A model generated the notes under the pieces. The model made no database searches, was not told where the DNA came from, and saw only the letters and a program-made list of their open reading frames with translations. This document shows positions 1 to 9,074 of a stretch of DNA of 52,928 nucleotides, in pieces. The stretch covers positions 1 through 52,928 of the forward strand of contig CAZXXL010000001.1 of the NCBI GenBank assembly GCA_964644635.1. Direction: 5' to 3'. The stretch's first letter is position 1. Every line of letters starts with the position of its first letter. Position numbers and translations under genes: made by a program. Origin of the DNA: an uncultured Thermoanaerobaculia bacterium (GTDB lineage: Bacteria; Acidobacteriota; Thermoanaerobaculia; Thermoanaerobaculales; Sulfomarinibacteraceae).

Positions 1-428
1 CCCCGTTCAGGCCCCCGCGCCGCGGCCGCGTCGACGCCGCCGCGGACGTCGGGCAGCGGCGCCGCGATCAGCTCGCGGGCGGCGAAGGCCGCCGCCTCCC
101 GGATGCGGGGATCGGGATCCGCCAGCGCCTGCCGGTAGATGGGCAGAAACACCGGGTCGTGGAAGTAGGCGACCCCGAGGAGAAGGCCCACGCGCTGGCG
201 CTCGTTGGCCGGCCCGGCGCGCCACCGGCGGACCAGCTCCGCCGGCCCCGGCCAGCGCACGAGGGCGATCCTGGCGACGGCGGCACGTCCCTGTCCCGTG
301 TAGTAGTCGCCGGGAAAGTACTGCACCGCCGCGGGAACCGGCAGCCTCGCCGTTCTTGCCGCCGCCGGCGCGGCGCCCAGGCCGGCGATCACGAGAACGA
401 CGGCTGAAACGTACCGGATCACTCGCAT
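1..428 (-). CDS. partial CDS (C-terminus lies beyond the left window edge): signal-peptide protein with HEAT-like repeat
   Basis: Absent from the ORF track because the frame never closes inside the window. ATG at 428-426 opens MRVIRYVSAVVLVIAGLGAAPAAARTARLP (hydrophobic signal-like N-terminus). Further on is FHDPVFLPIYRQALADPDPRIREAAAFAARELI (HEAT/PBS-lyase-like). Composition is balanced, unlike the Arg/Pro/Gly-rich track ORFs 7..906(-) and 159..407(+) that overlap it. Confidence 0.5.
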   Translation of the reverse strand, partial: MRVIRYVSAVVLVIAGLGAAPAAARTARLPVPAAVQYFPGDYYTGQGRAAVARIALVRWPGPAELVRRWRAGPANERQRVGLLLGVAYFHDPVFLPIYRQALADPDPRIREAAAFAARELIAAPLPDVRGGVDAAAARGPER

Positions 429-447
429 CCGTGCGAGGATACAGCCT

Positions 448-1218
448 GTGGAACGGAGAATAAAGCTCACCGTCGCCTATCTCGGAACGGCCTTCCACGG
501 CTGGCAGCGCCAGGCCCGCGAGCGCACGGTCCAGGGCGAGATCGAGGCGGCGCTGGCCCGCGTCACCCGGGGCCCGAGGGTGACGGTGGTGGGCGCCGGG
601 CGAACCGACGCCGGCGTGCACGCGCGGGGCCAGGTGGCGCACGTCGATCTCCCCGCCGCCATCCCCCCCGACGCCCTGCGCCGGGCGCTCAACGCCGCCC
701 TGCCGCCGAGCATCCGGATCATGGCCGCGGTCCCGGCGCCGCCGGGTTTCCACGCCCGTTTCAGCGCCACCGGAAAGCGCTACGTCTACCGCTGTCACTG
801 GGGACCCACCCGCCTCCCGTGGCGGGCACAGCGTTCGGCCCCCCTCGGCCGGCCGCCGGCCCGGGACGCGGTCCAGGCCGGGCTCCGCCTGCTCGTGGGA
901 ACCCACGACATGGCCTCCTTCTCGGTACCCGCGGCCGAGCAGCTGCGGACCGAGAGGACCCTGGTCGAGGCCAGGGCCCGGTGGGGACCGCGGGACCTGC
1001 GCTTCGACTTCGTGGGGGACGGCTTTTTGCGCTACCAGGTGCGGCGCATGGTGGGCGTCCTCCTCGAGCTCGGCCTCGGCGAGCGGACCCCGGACGAGCT
1101 CGCCGGGCTGTTGGCAGACCCCCGGCCGGGGGCCGCCGTCCGGACCGCGCCGGCCCGCGGCCTGACCCTCGAAAAGGTGTACTACCGCCCTGTGGTAGAC
1201 TCCAGGCCCCTGGGGTAA
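448..1218 (+). CDS. truA: tRNA pseudouridine(38-40) synthase TruA
   Basis: 256-aa ORF with a GTG start and GAGGA about 8 nt upstream. N-terminus KLTVAYLGTAFHGWQRQ and the catalytic-Asp motif GAGRTDAGVHA are typical of the TruA family. Confidence 0.9.
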   Translation: MERRIKLTVAYLGTAFHGWQRQARERTVQGEIEAALARVTRGPRVTVVGAGRTDAGVHARGQVAHVDLPAAIPPDALRRALNAALPPSIRIMAAVPAPPGFHARFSATGKRYVYRCHWGPTRLPWRAQRSAPLGRPPARDAVQAGLRLLVGTHDMASFSVPAAEQLRTERTLVEARARWGPRDLRFDFVGDGFLRYQVRRMVGVLLELGLGERTPDELAGLLADPRPGAAVRTAPARGLTLEKVYYRPVVDSRPLG

Positions 1219-1222
1219 CTGG

Positions 1223-2044
1223 ATGCGTCAGCTGGACGAAATCGCAAAACCCGGTACTCCCGAGCGAGCGCTCGCCGAGCGTCTCGACCCGGAGCGCCTG
1301 CCGCGGCACGTCGCCATCATCATGGACGGCAACGGCCGCTGGGCCAGGGCGCGCAACCTGCCCCGGGTGGAGGGGCACCGGGCCGGCATCCGCGCCGTCC
1401 GGGAGACCGTGGAGACCATCGCCCGGCTCGAGATCGGCGTCGTCACGCTGTACGCCTTCTCCACCGAGAACTGGAAACGCCCGCGACACGAGGTGCTCAC
1501 CCTGATGAGGCTCCTCAAGGAGTACCTGCGCTCCGAGCTCGACACCATGCTCGAGAACAACCTCCGCTTCGTCCCCATCGGCCGCATCGAGCAGCTCGAC
1601 GCCAGCGTGCGCCGGGAGCTGGAACGGACCGTCGACGCCACCGCCCGTTGCACCGGGTCGCTGATCCAGATCGCCCTCAACTACTCCGGGCGCCAGGAGC
1701 TCACCGACATGGTCCGGGCCGCAGTGGCGGCGGCGAGCAGGGGAGAGCTCGATCCCGGGGAGGTGGACGAGGCCTGGATCGGCGCCCACCTGGCCACCGC
1801 CGGCATCCCCGATCCCGACCTCCTGATCCGGACCTCGGGCGAGCAACGGATCTCGAACTTCCTCCTCTGGCAGCTGGCCTACGCGGAGATCTACTTCACG
1901 CCCGTGCTGTGGCCCGACTTTTCCAAGGCCGAGCTGCTCCGCGCCCTCGTCGATTACCAGCAGCGGGAACGCCGCTTCGGCGGGCTGCCGCCCACCGAGC
2001 GCAGTCTCTTCACCGCCCCCGGAGACGCCAGTGCCGGCTCGTGA
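1223..2044 (+). CDS. uppS: undecaprenyl-diphosphate synthase (cis-prenyltransferase)
   Basis: 273 aa. HVAIIMDGNGRWA and RTSGEQRISNFLLWQLAYAE are signature motifs of UPP synthase. It sits in the conserved uppS-cdsA-dxr-rseP order. Confidence 0.95.
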   Translation: MRQLDEIAKPGTPERALAERLDPERLPRHVAIIMDGNGRWARARNLPRVEGHRAGIRAVRETVETIARLEIGVVTLYAFSTENWKRPRHEVLTLMRLLKEYLRSELDTMLENNLRFVPIGRIEQLDASVRRELERTVDATARCTGSLIQIALNYSGRQELTDMVRAAVAAASRGELDPGEVDEAWIGAHLATAGIPDPDLLIRTSGEQRISNFLLWQLAYAEIYFTPVLWPDFSKAELLRALVDYQQRERRFGGLPPTERSLFTAPGDASAGS

Positions 2045-2843
2045 AGCCCTCGCCTTCGTGGCCATCCCCATCCTCTTCGCCGTCATCGTCTGGGCGCCGG
2101 CATGGGCCTTCCTCGCCGTGGTGGGCGGCGCCGCGCTCGTGGCCGGCGACGAGCTCCTGAGCACGGCGCGGCGCGCCGGCTCCGCCTGCGGGCGCGCCCT
2201 CCCCCTCGCCCTCCTCGCGGTCGTTCTCGCCGCGGCGTGGGTCGGCGGGCCGCGGGCCCTGACGGCGGCCGTGGCCGCCGCGGTGCTCCTCATTCCCACC
2301 GCCCAGCTGGTGCACCCCGAGCGGCCGGCGGGGGCGCTGGACGGCATCGCGGTGTCCGTCTTCACCGTCGTCTACCTTGGCCTGACCGCGGCCTGCCTGG
2401 GCTGGCTGCGCCAGTTCCCGGAGGGCGCCCGCGGGGTCCACATCGTGCTCCTCTTCCTGGTCACGATCTGGGTGGGCGACTCGGGCGCCTATTACGTGGG
2501 CAGCGCCATCGGCCGGCACAAGATGACGCCGCGGATCAGCCCCAACAAGAGCTGGGAGGGGCTGGCCGGCGGCGTCGCCGCCACCTTCGCCGCCGCCGCG
2601 GCGACGCGGATCATCGCAGCCCCCGACCTCGGCTGGCGCGACACCCTGGCGGTGGCGGCCATCCTGGCCGTCGCCGCGCCGGTGGGCGATCTCGTCGAGT
2701 CCCTGATCAAGCGCGATCTCGGCGTCAAGGACTCCTCCGCCCTCCTGCCCGGCCACGGCGGGTTCCTGGACCGCACCGACTCGCTCTTCTACTCGGCGCC
2801 CCTCGTCCTCGCCTACCTGCTCCTGGCGGGGGTCATCCGGTGA
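2031..2843 (+). CDS. cdsA: phosphatidate cytidylyltransferase (CDP-diglyceride synthase)
   Basis: 270-aa polytopic membrane protein. SPNKSWEG and GHGGFLDRTDS motifs of the CdsA family. The GTG start overlaps the end of uppS. Confidence 0.9.
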   Translation: MPAREALAFVAIPILFAVIVWAPAWAFLAVVGGAALVAGDELLSTARRAGSACGRALPLALLAVVLAAAWVGGPRALTAAVAAAVLLIPTAQLVHPERPAGALDGIAVSVFTVVYLGLTAACLGWLRQFPEGARGVHIVLLFLVTIWVGDSGAYYVGSAIGRHKMTPRISPNKSWEGLAGGVAATFAAAAATRIIAAPDLGWRDTLAVAAILAVAAPVGDLVESLIKRDLGVKDSSALLPGHGGFLDRTDSLFYSAPLVLAYLLLAGVIR

Positions 2844-4012
2844 AGCGCCTCGCCATCCTCGGCTCCACCGGCTCCATCGGCACCTCGACCCTGTCGGTGG
2901 TGGAGGCGTTCCCGGACCGGTTCCAGGTGGTCGCCCTGGCCGCGGGCAAGAACCTCGACACCCTCCGGGAGCAGCTCGCCCGCCACCGTCCCGCCCTCGC
3001 ATCGGTGGCCGAGGCGGAGGCGGCGGCATCCCTGGCCCGCGAGTTCCCCGGCATCCACGTCGTGAGCGGGGCCGAGGGCCTGGACGAGGTGGCCTGCCAT
3101 CCGGACGCCGACGTCACGGTGGGAGCGATCGTCGGCTCGGCCGGCCTGGCGCCCACCCTGGCGGCGATCCGGGCCGGCAAGGACATCGCCCTCGCCAACA
3201 AGGAGACCCTGGTGGTCGCCGGCGACCTGGTCATGGCCGAGGCCCGCCGGCGGCGGGTACGCATCCTCCCGGTGGACAGCGAACACAACGCCATCCATCA
3301 GGCCCTCCGCGTCGGCCCGCCCGAGGCCGTCAGGCGGCTGATCCTGACCGCGTCCGGCGGCCCCTTCCGTACCTGGAGCCGGGATCGCATCCGCGCGGCC
3401 AGGGTCGAGGACGCCCTCGCCCACCCCACCTGGCGCATGGGCCCCAAGATCACCATCGACTCGGCGACCATGATGAACAAGGGCCTGGAGATCATCGAGG
3501 CGCACCACCTCTTCGCCGTACCGGAAGACCGGATCGCGGTCCTCGTCCATCCCCAGAGCCTGGTGCACTCCCTGGTGGAGTACATCGACGGGACGTTGAT
3601 CGCCCAGCTCGCCATCAACGACATGCGGTTCCCGATCCTCTACGCGCTGTCGTTTCCGGACCGGTTGCCGTCGCCCTACCCGGCCCTCGATCTGGCGGCC
3701 GCCGGCAGCCTCGAGTTCGAGGACCCCGACCCGGAGAAGTTCCCGGCCCTCGGGCTCGCCCGCGCCGCGCTGCGCGCCGGCGGCGAGATGCCGGCGGTCC
3801 TCAACGGCGCCAACGAGGAGGCCGTGGCCGCCTTCCTCGACCGGCGGATCCCGTTCCCGGCCGTCGCCGAGACCGTGGCGGAGGTCCTCGAACGCTGGGC
3901 GCCCCGGAACCGGCCTCTGGAGAGCATCGAGCAAGCGCTGGACGCGGATCACGGGGCGCGGATCGAGGCCCGGCGCGTCATCGAGAAATACGCCGCCGGC
4001 ACGAGAGGTTGA
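2840..4012 (+). CDS. dxr: 1-deoxy-D-xylulose-5-phosphate reductoisomerase
   Basis: GTG at 2840 overlaps the cdsA stop (GTGA). VKRLAILGSTGSIGTSTL dinucleotide-binding N-terminus, plus LANKE and DSEHNA motifs. Track ORF 2102..4012 is the same frame with a spurious Arg-rich upstream extension. Confidence 0.95.
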   Translation: MKRLAILGSTGSIGTSTLSVVEAFPDRFQVVALAAGKNLDTLREQLARHRPALASVAEAEAAASLAREFPGIHVVSGAEGLDEVACHPDADVTVGAIVGSAGLAPTLAAIRAGKDIALANKETLVVAGDLVMAEARRRRVRILPVDSEHNAIHQALRVGPPEAVRRLILTASGGPFRTWSRDRIRAARVEDALAHPTWRMGPKITIDSATMMNKGLEIIEAHHLFAVPEDRIAVLVHPQSLVHSLVEYIDGTLIAQLAINDMRFPILYALSFPDRLPSPYPALDLAAAGSLEFEDPDPEKFPALGLARAALRAGGEMPAVLNGANEEAVAAFLDRRIPFPAVAETVAEVLERWAPRNRPLESIEQALDADHGARIEARRVIEKYAAGTRG

Positions 4013-4021
4013 CTGTCAACG

Positions 4022-5362
4022 ATGCTGATAAGCCTGCTCGCGTTCATCTTCGTCCTCGGGGTCCTGGTCATCATCCACGAGGGCGGTCACTTCCTCGCCG
4101 CCCGCCTGGTCCACGCGCCCGTCGACGTCTTCTCGGTCGGCGTGGGCAAGCGGATCTGGGGTTTCGAGCGCGGCGGCACCGACTACCGTATCAGCCTGCT
4201 GCCGCTGGGCGGCTACGTGCGGGTGATCGGCCTCGGCCCGGACGAGTCGTCGGTGACCGGCGCCGAGGAGGCCGAGGAGGCGCTGCTGCCGCGCTGGAAG
4301 CGGACGGTGATCCTCCTCGCCGGGCCGCTCACCAACCTGGTGGCGGCGGTGGTGCTGCTGGCCGGGGCCTTCGTGCTCGGCGTCCAGGTCCCCGCCTACC
4401 AGGGCCAGCCGCCCGTGGTCGGCTGGGTGGAGCCCGGGTCGCCCGGGGCCACCGCCGGCATCCGGGCGGGTGACCGTATCGAGGCCATGGACGGGCGCCC
4501 GGTCGGCACCTGGCGCGACCTGGAGAACACGCTCCTCACCTCCGGCGGCCACCCGGTGCGCCTCACCGTCCTCCGCGAGGGGCGGGAGCTCACGGTGCGC
4601 CTGACGCCGAAGCGGATCACCCGCTACGGTTTCGGCTACTCGGGCATCCTGCCGCCGCTGGACGCCACCGTTCACCAGCTCCAGCCCGGATCGCCCGCGG
4701 AGCACGCCGGCCTGCGCCCGGGCGACAGGATCACCGCCGTGAACGGGCAGCCCGTGAGGCAGTTCTACGATCTCATCCGCCTGATCTCGCCCCACCCCGG
4801 CGAGCCCCTGACCCTCGACGTCCTCCGCGACGGGCGCACCGTGCGCCTCACCGTCACCCCCAGGAACGTGGGCGGCGAGGGCAAGATCGGCATTCCCGTC
4901 ATCTTCCCGACCCGCCTGGAAAAGCTCGGTCCCATCGCCGCCGTCGCCGCCAGCGTCCGCGAGAACGTCCGCATGACCGTCGAGACCTTCCGGGTCATCG
5001 GACGCCTCCTCAGCCGCAAGGCCTCCCTGAGCCAGGTTTCCGGTCCGCTCGACATCGCCCGCATCTCCGGGCAGGCCGCGCGCCACGGCGTCCGCTCGCT
5101 GATCTGGCTGATGGGGCTGATCTCCCTGCAGCTGGGGATCTTCAACCTGCTCCCCATCCCCATCCTCGACGGCGGACACCTGACCATCATCGCCTTCGAG
5201 ACCGCGATCCGCCGGGATCTGCCCATGAAGGTCAAGGAACGCATCCTGGAGATCGGCTTCGTGCTCCTCATCCTGCTCATGGTGGTCGTGCTGTACAACG
5301 ACATCTTGAAGATCCTTCCCGAAAGCGTGTACCGCTTCCTTCACGGCGGCGGCACGCCGTAG
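4022..5362 (+). CDS. rseP: RIP (site-2) zinc metalloprotease RseP
   Basis: 446 aa. HEGGHF (HExxH) in the first TM segment, two PDZ-like segments (GIRAGDRIEAMDG, GLRPGDRITAVNG), and NLLPIPILDGGH near the C-terminus. Confidence 0.9.
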   Translation: MLISLLAFIFVLGVLVIIHEGGHFLAARLVHAPVDVFSVGVGKRIWGFERGGTDYRISLLPLGGYVRVIGLGPDESSVTGAEEAEEALLPRWKRTVILLAGPLTNLVAAVVLLAGAFVLGVQVPAYQGQPPVVGWVEPGSPGATAGIRAGDRIEAMDGRPVGTWRDLENTLLTSGGHPVRLTVLREGRELTVRLTPKRITRYGFGYSGILPPLDATVHQLQPGSPAEHAGLRPGDRITAVNGQPVRQFYDLIRLISPHPGEPLTLDVLRDGRTVRLTVTPRNVGGEGKIGIPVIFPTRLEKLGPIAAVAASVRENVRMTVETFRVIGRLLSRKASLSQVSGPLDIARISGQAARHGVRSLIWLMGLISLQLGIFNLLPIPILDGGHLTIIAFETAIRRDLPMKVKERILEIGFVLLILLMVVVLYNDILKILPESVYRFLHGGGTP

Positions 5363-5414
5363 GGTGGGCCGCCCGCGGCGGACGCGGGCGGGTGTGTGGT
5401 ACCTTCGTGCCGTC

Positions 5415-6206
5415 ATGGCGAAGGCGCTTTTCAAGCACGGCCGGCGGGCCGCCCGGGACCCCGCTCGAGGCACGGGATCGGCGAGGCGGAGACCGCGCTC
5501 GAGGTGGCTCGAACGGCTCCTCCCGCTGACCCTCTTCTGCCTGTCGGCGGCCGTCGTCTTCTGGTTCGCCCTCGTCCACACCATCCACCGCGGCACCCAG
5601 ACGGTGCCCGACCTGCGGGGCAAGTCGGTCGAGCAGGCGCGCACGATCCTCCACGACCGCAGCCTCGCTCTCAAGCTCGAGCAGCCCGGCGTTTTCAGCG
5701 CCAAGATCCCCGTCGGCGTCATCGCCCAGCAGGAGCCCGCGCCGGGTTTCCACGTCAAGAGCGGCGCCACGGTGACCGTCCGGCTCAGCCTCGGCGGCGA
5801 GCGCGTGGAGGTACCGGACGTGCGCGGAGAGTCGATCCAGGGCGCCGCCGGTGTGATCGAGCAGGTCGGTCTGCTCCCGGGCCGGCGGGTCGAGGTCGAC
5901 GGCGGCGCCGAGGGCAACACGGTGATCGCCACCGATCCCCCCATCGGCGCGGCGGTGCCGCCGTCCACGCGGGTGGACATCCTCCTCAACCAGGCGCCGA
6001 ACCGCGCCCTGTGGGTAATGCCCTCCCTCCTCTCCCACTCCCTGGGCGAGGTCCGCCGCTTCTGCCGCCGCCACCGCTTCCGCCTCGGCCAGGTGCATGC
6101 CGTGTCCTACCCCGGCGTCCCGGCGGGCCGGGTGCTGCGGCAGTACCCGCCGGCGGGCAGCCCCCTGGCTTCCTCGGATATCATTACCGTGTGGGTCAGC
6201 CAGTGA
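5415..6206 (+). CDS. single-pass membrane protein with three PASTA domains (no kinase or PBP module)
   Basis: One TM segment (LLPLTLFCLSAAVVFWFALV) followed by three PASTA-like repeats, starting VPDLRGKSVEQARTIL, VPDVRGESIQGAAGVI and MPSLLSHSLGEVRRF. I chose the ATG at 5415; a GTG at 5364 (the track start) is an alternative. Confidence 0.7.
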   Translation: MAKALFKHGRRAARDPARGTGSARRRPRSRWLERLLPLTLFCLSAAVVFWFALVHTIHRGTQTVPDLRGKSVEQARTILHDRSLALKLEQPGVFSAKIPVGVIAQQEPAPGFHVKSGATVTVRLSLGGERVEVPDVRGESIQGAAGVIEQVGLLPGRRVEVDGGAEGNTVIATDPPIGAAVPPSTRVDILLNQAPNRALWVMPSLLSHSLGEVRRFCRRHRFRLGQVHAVSYPGVPAGRVLRQYPPAGSPLASSDIITVWVSQ

Positions 6207-6868
6207 CGGTCCGGATCGCTCCCTCCATCCTGTCGGCGGATTTCTCGCGCCTCGACCGGGAGATCGCCGAGGTCGAGGCCGGCGGGGCCGACCTCATCCA
6301 CCTGGACATCATGGACGGCCACTTCGTCCCCAACCTGACCTTCGGCCCCCCGGTCGTCACCTGGCTCGCCCCGCGCTGCACGAAGCCCCTCGACGCGCAC
6401 CTCATGGTCAGCGACCCCGACCCGCTCCTCGCGCCGCTGGCCACGGCCGGCGTGGCCCGGGTCGCCGTCCACGTGGAGGCCTGCGTGCACCTGCAGCGGA
6501 CCCTGGCCGCCATCCGCGACGCCGGCATGGCCCCCGGCGTCGCCCTCAACCCGGCGACGCCGCTGGCCTTCGCGCTCGAGGCCGTGCCCTGGATCGACTT
6601 CGTCCTGGTGATGTCGGTCAACCCCGGCTTCGGCGGCCAGAGCTTCATCCCCGAAAGCCTGGACAGGATCCGCCGCCTGCGCGCGGTGGTCCCCGCCGAC
6701 GAGCTCGACATCACGGTGGACGGCGGCGTGACGCCGGCCACGGCCCCGGCGATCGTGGCCGCGGGAGCCACCACTCTGGTGGCGGGCAACGCCATCCTGG
6801 GGACGCCGGACCGCGCCGCCGCCATCGCCGCCCTGCGCCGATCGGTTCGCAAAGGAGAACGCGTATGA
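6203..6868 (+). CDS. rpe: ribulose-phosphate 3-epimerase
   Basis: GTG at 6203 overlaps the PASTA-gene stop (GTGA). IAPSILSADFSRL and IHLDIMDGHFVPN motifs. Track ORF 5396..6868 is the same frame with a spurious extension. Confidence 0.93.
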   Translation: MTVRIAPSILSADFSRLDREIAEVEAGGADLIHLDIMDGHFVPNLTFGPPVVTWLAPRCTKPLDAHLMVSDPDPLLAPLATAGVARVAVHVEACVHLQRTLAAIRDAGMAPGVALNPATPLAFALEAVPWIDFVLVMSVNPGFGGQSFIPESLDRIRRLRAVVPADELDITVDGGVTPATAPAIVAAGATTLVAGNAILGTPDRAAAIAALRRSVRKGERV

Positions 6869-7635
6869 GGAAGATCCCGGTGGCCGGCCTGCTCGTGATC
6901 CTCACCCTGGGCCTCGCGGCCTGCTCGAGCACGTCGCCCGAGGAACGCCTGGTCCAGCAGCTGGCTAACACGGACAAGAAGACTGTCTACGAGAAGGCCG
7001 AGGCGCTGTTCGCCAAGAAGAAGTACACCCAGGCGAGGAAGCTCTTCTCGTTCCTGTACGACACTTTCCCGAACGATCCCATCGGGCACAAGGCGGCCCT
7101 GCGCGTGGCCGACACCTACTACCAGTACAACGATCGGACCAACCTCACGGAGGCCCGGCTCCGGTACCGGGACTTCGCGAACCGCTTCCCCAACGACCCG
7201 GACCGCGATTACGCCTTGCTTATGCTCGGCAACACCTACACCAAGCGGAAGCTCCATCCCGACCGCGACCTCAACGAGACCCGGGAGGCAGTGAAGGCCT
7301 ACCGCCAGCTCCTCAACCTCTACCCCAACTCCAAGTACGCTCCACAGGCGCGGAAGAAGCTGGCCGAGGTCCGGACCGTGCTCGCCGAGCACGAGTGGCA
7401 GGTGGCCCATTTTTACGCCCGCAACAAGATGTGGCTCGCCACCGAATGGCGGCTGGAGTACCTCAAGGAGCACTTCCCGGAATATCCGCGGATGGCCGAG
7501 GTGAACGCCGCCCTGGCCGAGGCCAAGAAGAACTACAAGGCCCACGAGGAGAGGATCCGCAAGGAGTTCGAAAAGTTCATGGCCAAACACAAGAAAAAGG
7601 AAAAGAAAAAGAAGGCCAGAGAAAAGAAAGATTGA
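6865..7635 (+). CDS. bamD: outer-membrane protein assembly factor BamD-like TPR lipoprotein
   Basis: ATG at 6865 overlaps the rpe stop (ATGA), with AAGGAG upstream. Lipobox LGLAAC|SS, TPR-like helical repeats, and a Lys-rich tail. GC is visibly lower than in the neighbouring genes. Confidence 0.8.
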   Translation: MRKIPVAGLLVILTLGLAACSSTSPEERLVQQLANTDKKTVYEKAEALFAKKKYTQARKLFSFLYDTFPNDPIGHKAALRVADTYYQYNDRTNLTEARLRYRDFANRFPNDPDRDYALLMLGNTYTKRKLHPDRDLNETREAVKAYRQLLNLYPNSKYAPQARKKLAEVRTVLAEHEWQVAHFYARNKMWLATEWRLEYLKEHFPEYPRMAEVNAALAEAKKNYKAHEERIRKEFEKFMAKHKKKEKKKKAREKKD

Positions 7636-7692
7636 CGATGTGCACCGTGATGGGCTAATGTTGTAGGTGTTCAAACAGCCGGGAGAGGTCCT

Positions 7693-8775
7693 ATGAAACG
7701 TACGATGTGGTTTATCATCCTGGTGAGCCTGCTACCGGCCCTGGCCGTGGCGGCGGGCGTCGCACCGCCACCAAAACCCCTCCACAAGGTGGGCGACCAC
7801 TGGACGCCGTACAACCCGCCGACAGAATTCCCGGAGGGGGCCAAGGTCCATGTCATCAAGAAAGGGGATACCCTTTGGGACCTCGCCAAGGCCTACCTGG
7901 GCAACCCCTACCTGTGGCCCCAGATCTGGGAGAGGAATCCGTACATCAAGGACTCCCACTGGATCTACCCCGGTGACCCGGTGGTGATCGACATCGCCGT
8001 CCAGAAAGCCCCGCCACCTCCGCCTCCGGCCCAGACGCCGGCTCCGGCGCCCACGCCGGTGCCGGAGGAAAAGGCCTTCACCGGCGAGGCGGTTCCCCTG
8101 GGCAACACCTCGGACGTGTACTGCTTCGCCATCCTCGCCGAGCACAACGAGACCTACCCCTTCTCAATCGTCTCCGGCGAGGCCGAACCCTACCAGGACA
8201 GTTACTCCGAGGGCGACATCGTGTACATCAACGGCGGTACGGCCGAGGGGGTCAAGGCCGGTGATCGCTTCTTCGTCCTCAGCGACAAGGGCAAGCTCGA
8301 GCACCCCATATCCCACGCGGTGATGGGCACCCTGTACAAGCAGGTCGGCCAGCTCAAGGTGCTCTGTGCGCAGGAGCACTCCAGCATCAGCGAGATCGTC
8401 TCGGCCTGCGACCCCATCCTGCTCGGGGACGTGCTCAAGCCCTACAGCCCGATCCCGGTGCCGATGGCCGTCAGGACGCCGCCCCGGGACCGTTGCGATC
8501 CGGCCAGCGGGAAGCCGACCGGTTACGTCATCTACGAGAAGGACAACACGTTCACGGCCGGCGACAGCTCGCTGGTCATGCTCGACCTCGGCTCGGCGGA
8601 CGGCGTCTACCCCGGGACCTTCGGGACGCTCTACAAGGACAACCCGGCGCCCGGCATGCCCCCGATCATCACCGGGGAGGTGGGCATCCTCACCACCGGC
8701 GAGCACTACTCCACGGCCAAGATCCTCAGCGCCAAGGCTCCCATCGGCCTCGGCGAACACGTGGAGATCAAGTAG
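7693..8775 (+). CDS. secreted LysM-domain (peptidoglycan-binding) protein
   Basis: Signal peptide MKRTMWFIILVSLLPALAVAAG. LysM segment HVIKKGDTLWDLAKAYLGNPYLWPQIWERNPYI...PGDPVVI. Pro-rich linker. GGGAGAGG Shine-Dalgarno (SD) upstream. Confidence 0.8.
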   Translation: MKRTMWFIILVSLLPALAVAAGVAPPPKPLHKVGDHWTPYNPPTEFPEGAKVHVIKKGDTLWDLAKAYLGNPYLWPQIWERNPYIKDSHWIYPGDPVVIDIAVQKAPPPPPPAQTPAPAPTPVPEEKAFTGEAVPLGNTSDVYCFAILAEHNETYPFSIVSGEAEPYQDSYSEGDIVYINGGTAEGVKAGDRFFVLSDKGKLEHPISHAVMGTLYKQVGQLKVLCAQEHSSISEIVSACDPILLGDVLKPYSPIPVPMAVRTPPRDRCDPASGKPTGYVIYEKDNTFTAGDSSLVMLDLGSADGVYPGTFGTLYKDNPAPGMPPIITGEVGILTTGEHYSTAKILSAKAPIGLGEHVEIK

Positions 8776-8868
8776 GCGGGCGACGCCCGGCCGCGCGACC
8801 CCGGCGCGCCGGCCGCGTGCGGGTGGTCTGCCAAGGCTGGGTCGGGGGTTCGGACGGGGGCAGACGAA

Positions 8869-9063
8869 TCAGGCCTTGTCGCCCTGGTCGTCCCGGTCCT
8901 TCGTCTCCTTCGGCGTGGAGGACTTCCCCTCGTCGAGGGAGTCCTTGAAGTTGCGGATACCCTGGCCAAGCCCGCGGCCCAGCTGCGGGAGCTTCGAGGC
9001 GCCGAAGATGATGATGACGATGAGGAGAATGATCAAGAGCTCGGGGAGCCCGATACTACCCAT
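8869..9063 (-). CDS. tatA: twin-arginine translocase subunit TatA/E
   Basis: The 64-aa product MGSIGLPELLIILLIVIIIFGASKLPQLGRGLGQGIRNFK is a classic TatA N-terminus. GGGAGG SD upstream. It lies inside the spurious longer track ORF 8869..9990. Confidence 0.9.
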   Translation of the reverse strand: MGSIGLPELLIILLIVIIIFGASKLPQLGRGLGQGIRNFKDSLDEGKSSTPKETKDRDDQGDKA

Positions 9064-9074
9064 GAGAACCTCCC

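Noticed and set aside
761-2365. A 534-aa minus-strand ORF (with similar ones at 7..906, 2010..3029, 2813..3952 and 4016..5989) antisense to truA-uppS-cdsA-dxr-rseP
   Set aside because: The translations are Arg/Pro/Gly/Ala-dominated with no motifs. This is typical of stop-codon-poor off-frames in DNA of about 70 % GC. They fully overlap genes with unambiguous family signatures on the other strand.
8776-8868. GC-rich palindromes (CGGGC-gac-GCCCG, CCGGCGCGCCGG) between the convergent LysM and tatA genes
   Set aside because: The stems are short or loop-less and there is no U-tract. In GC-rich DNA such palindromes are frequent, so they are not called as terminators.
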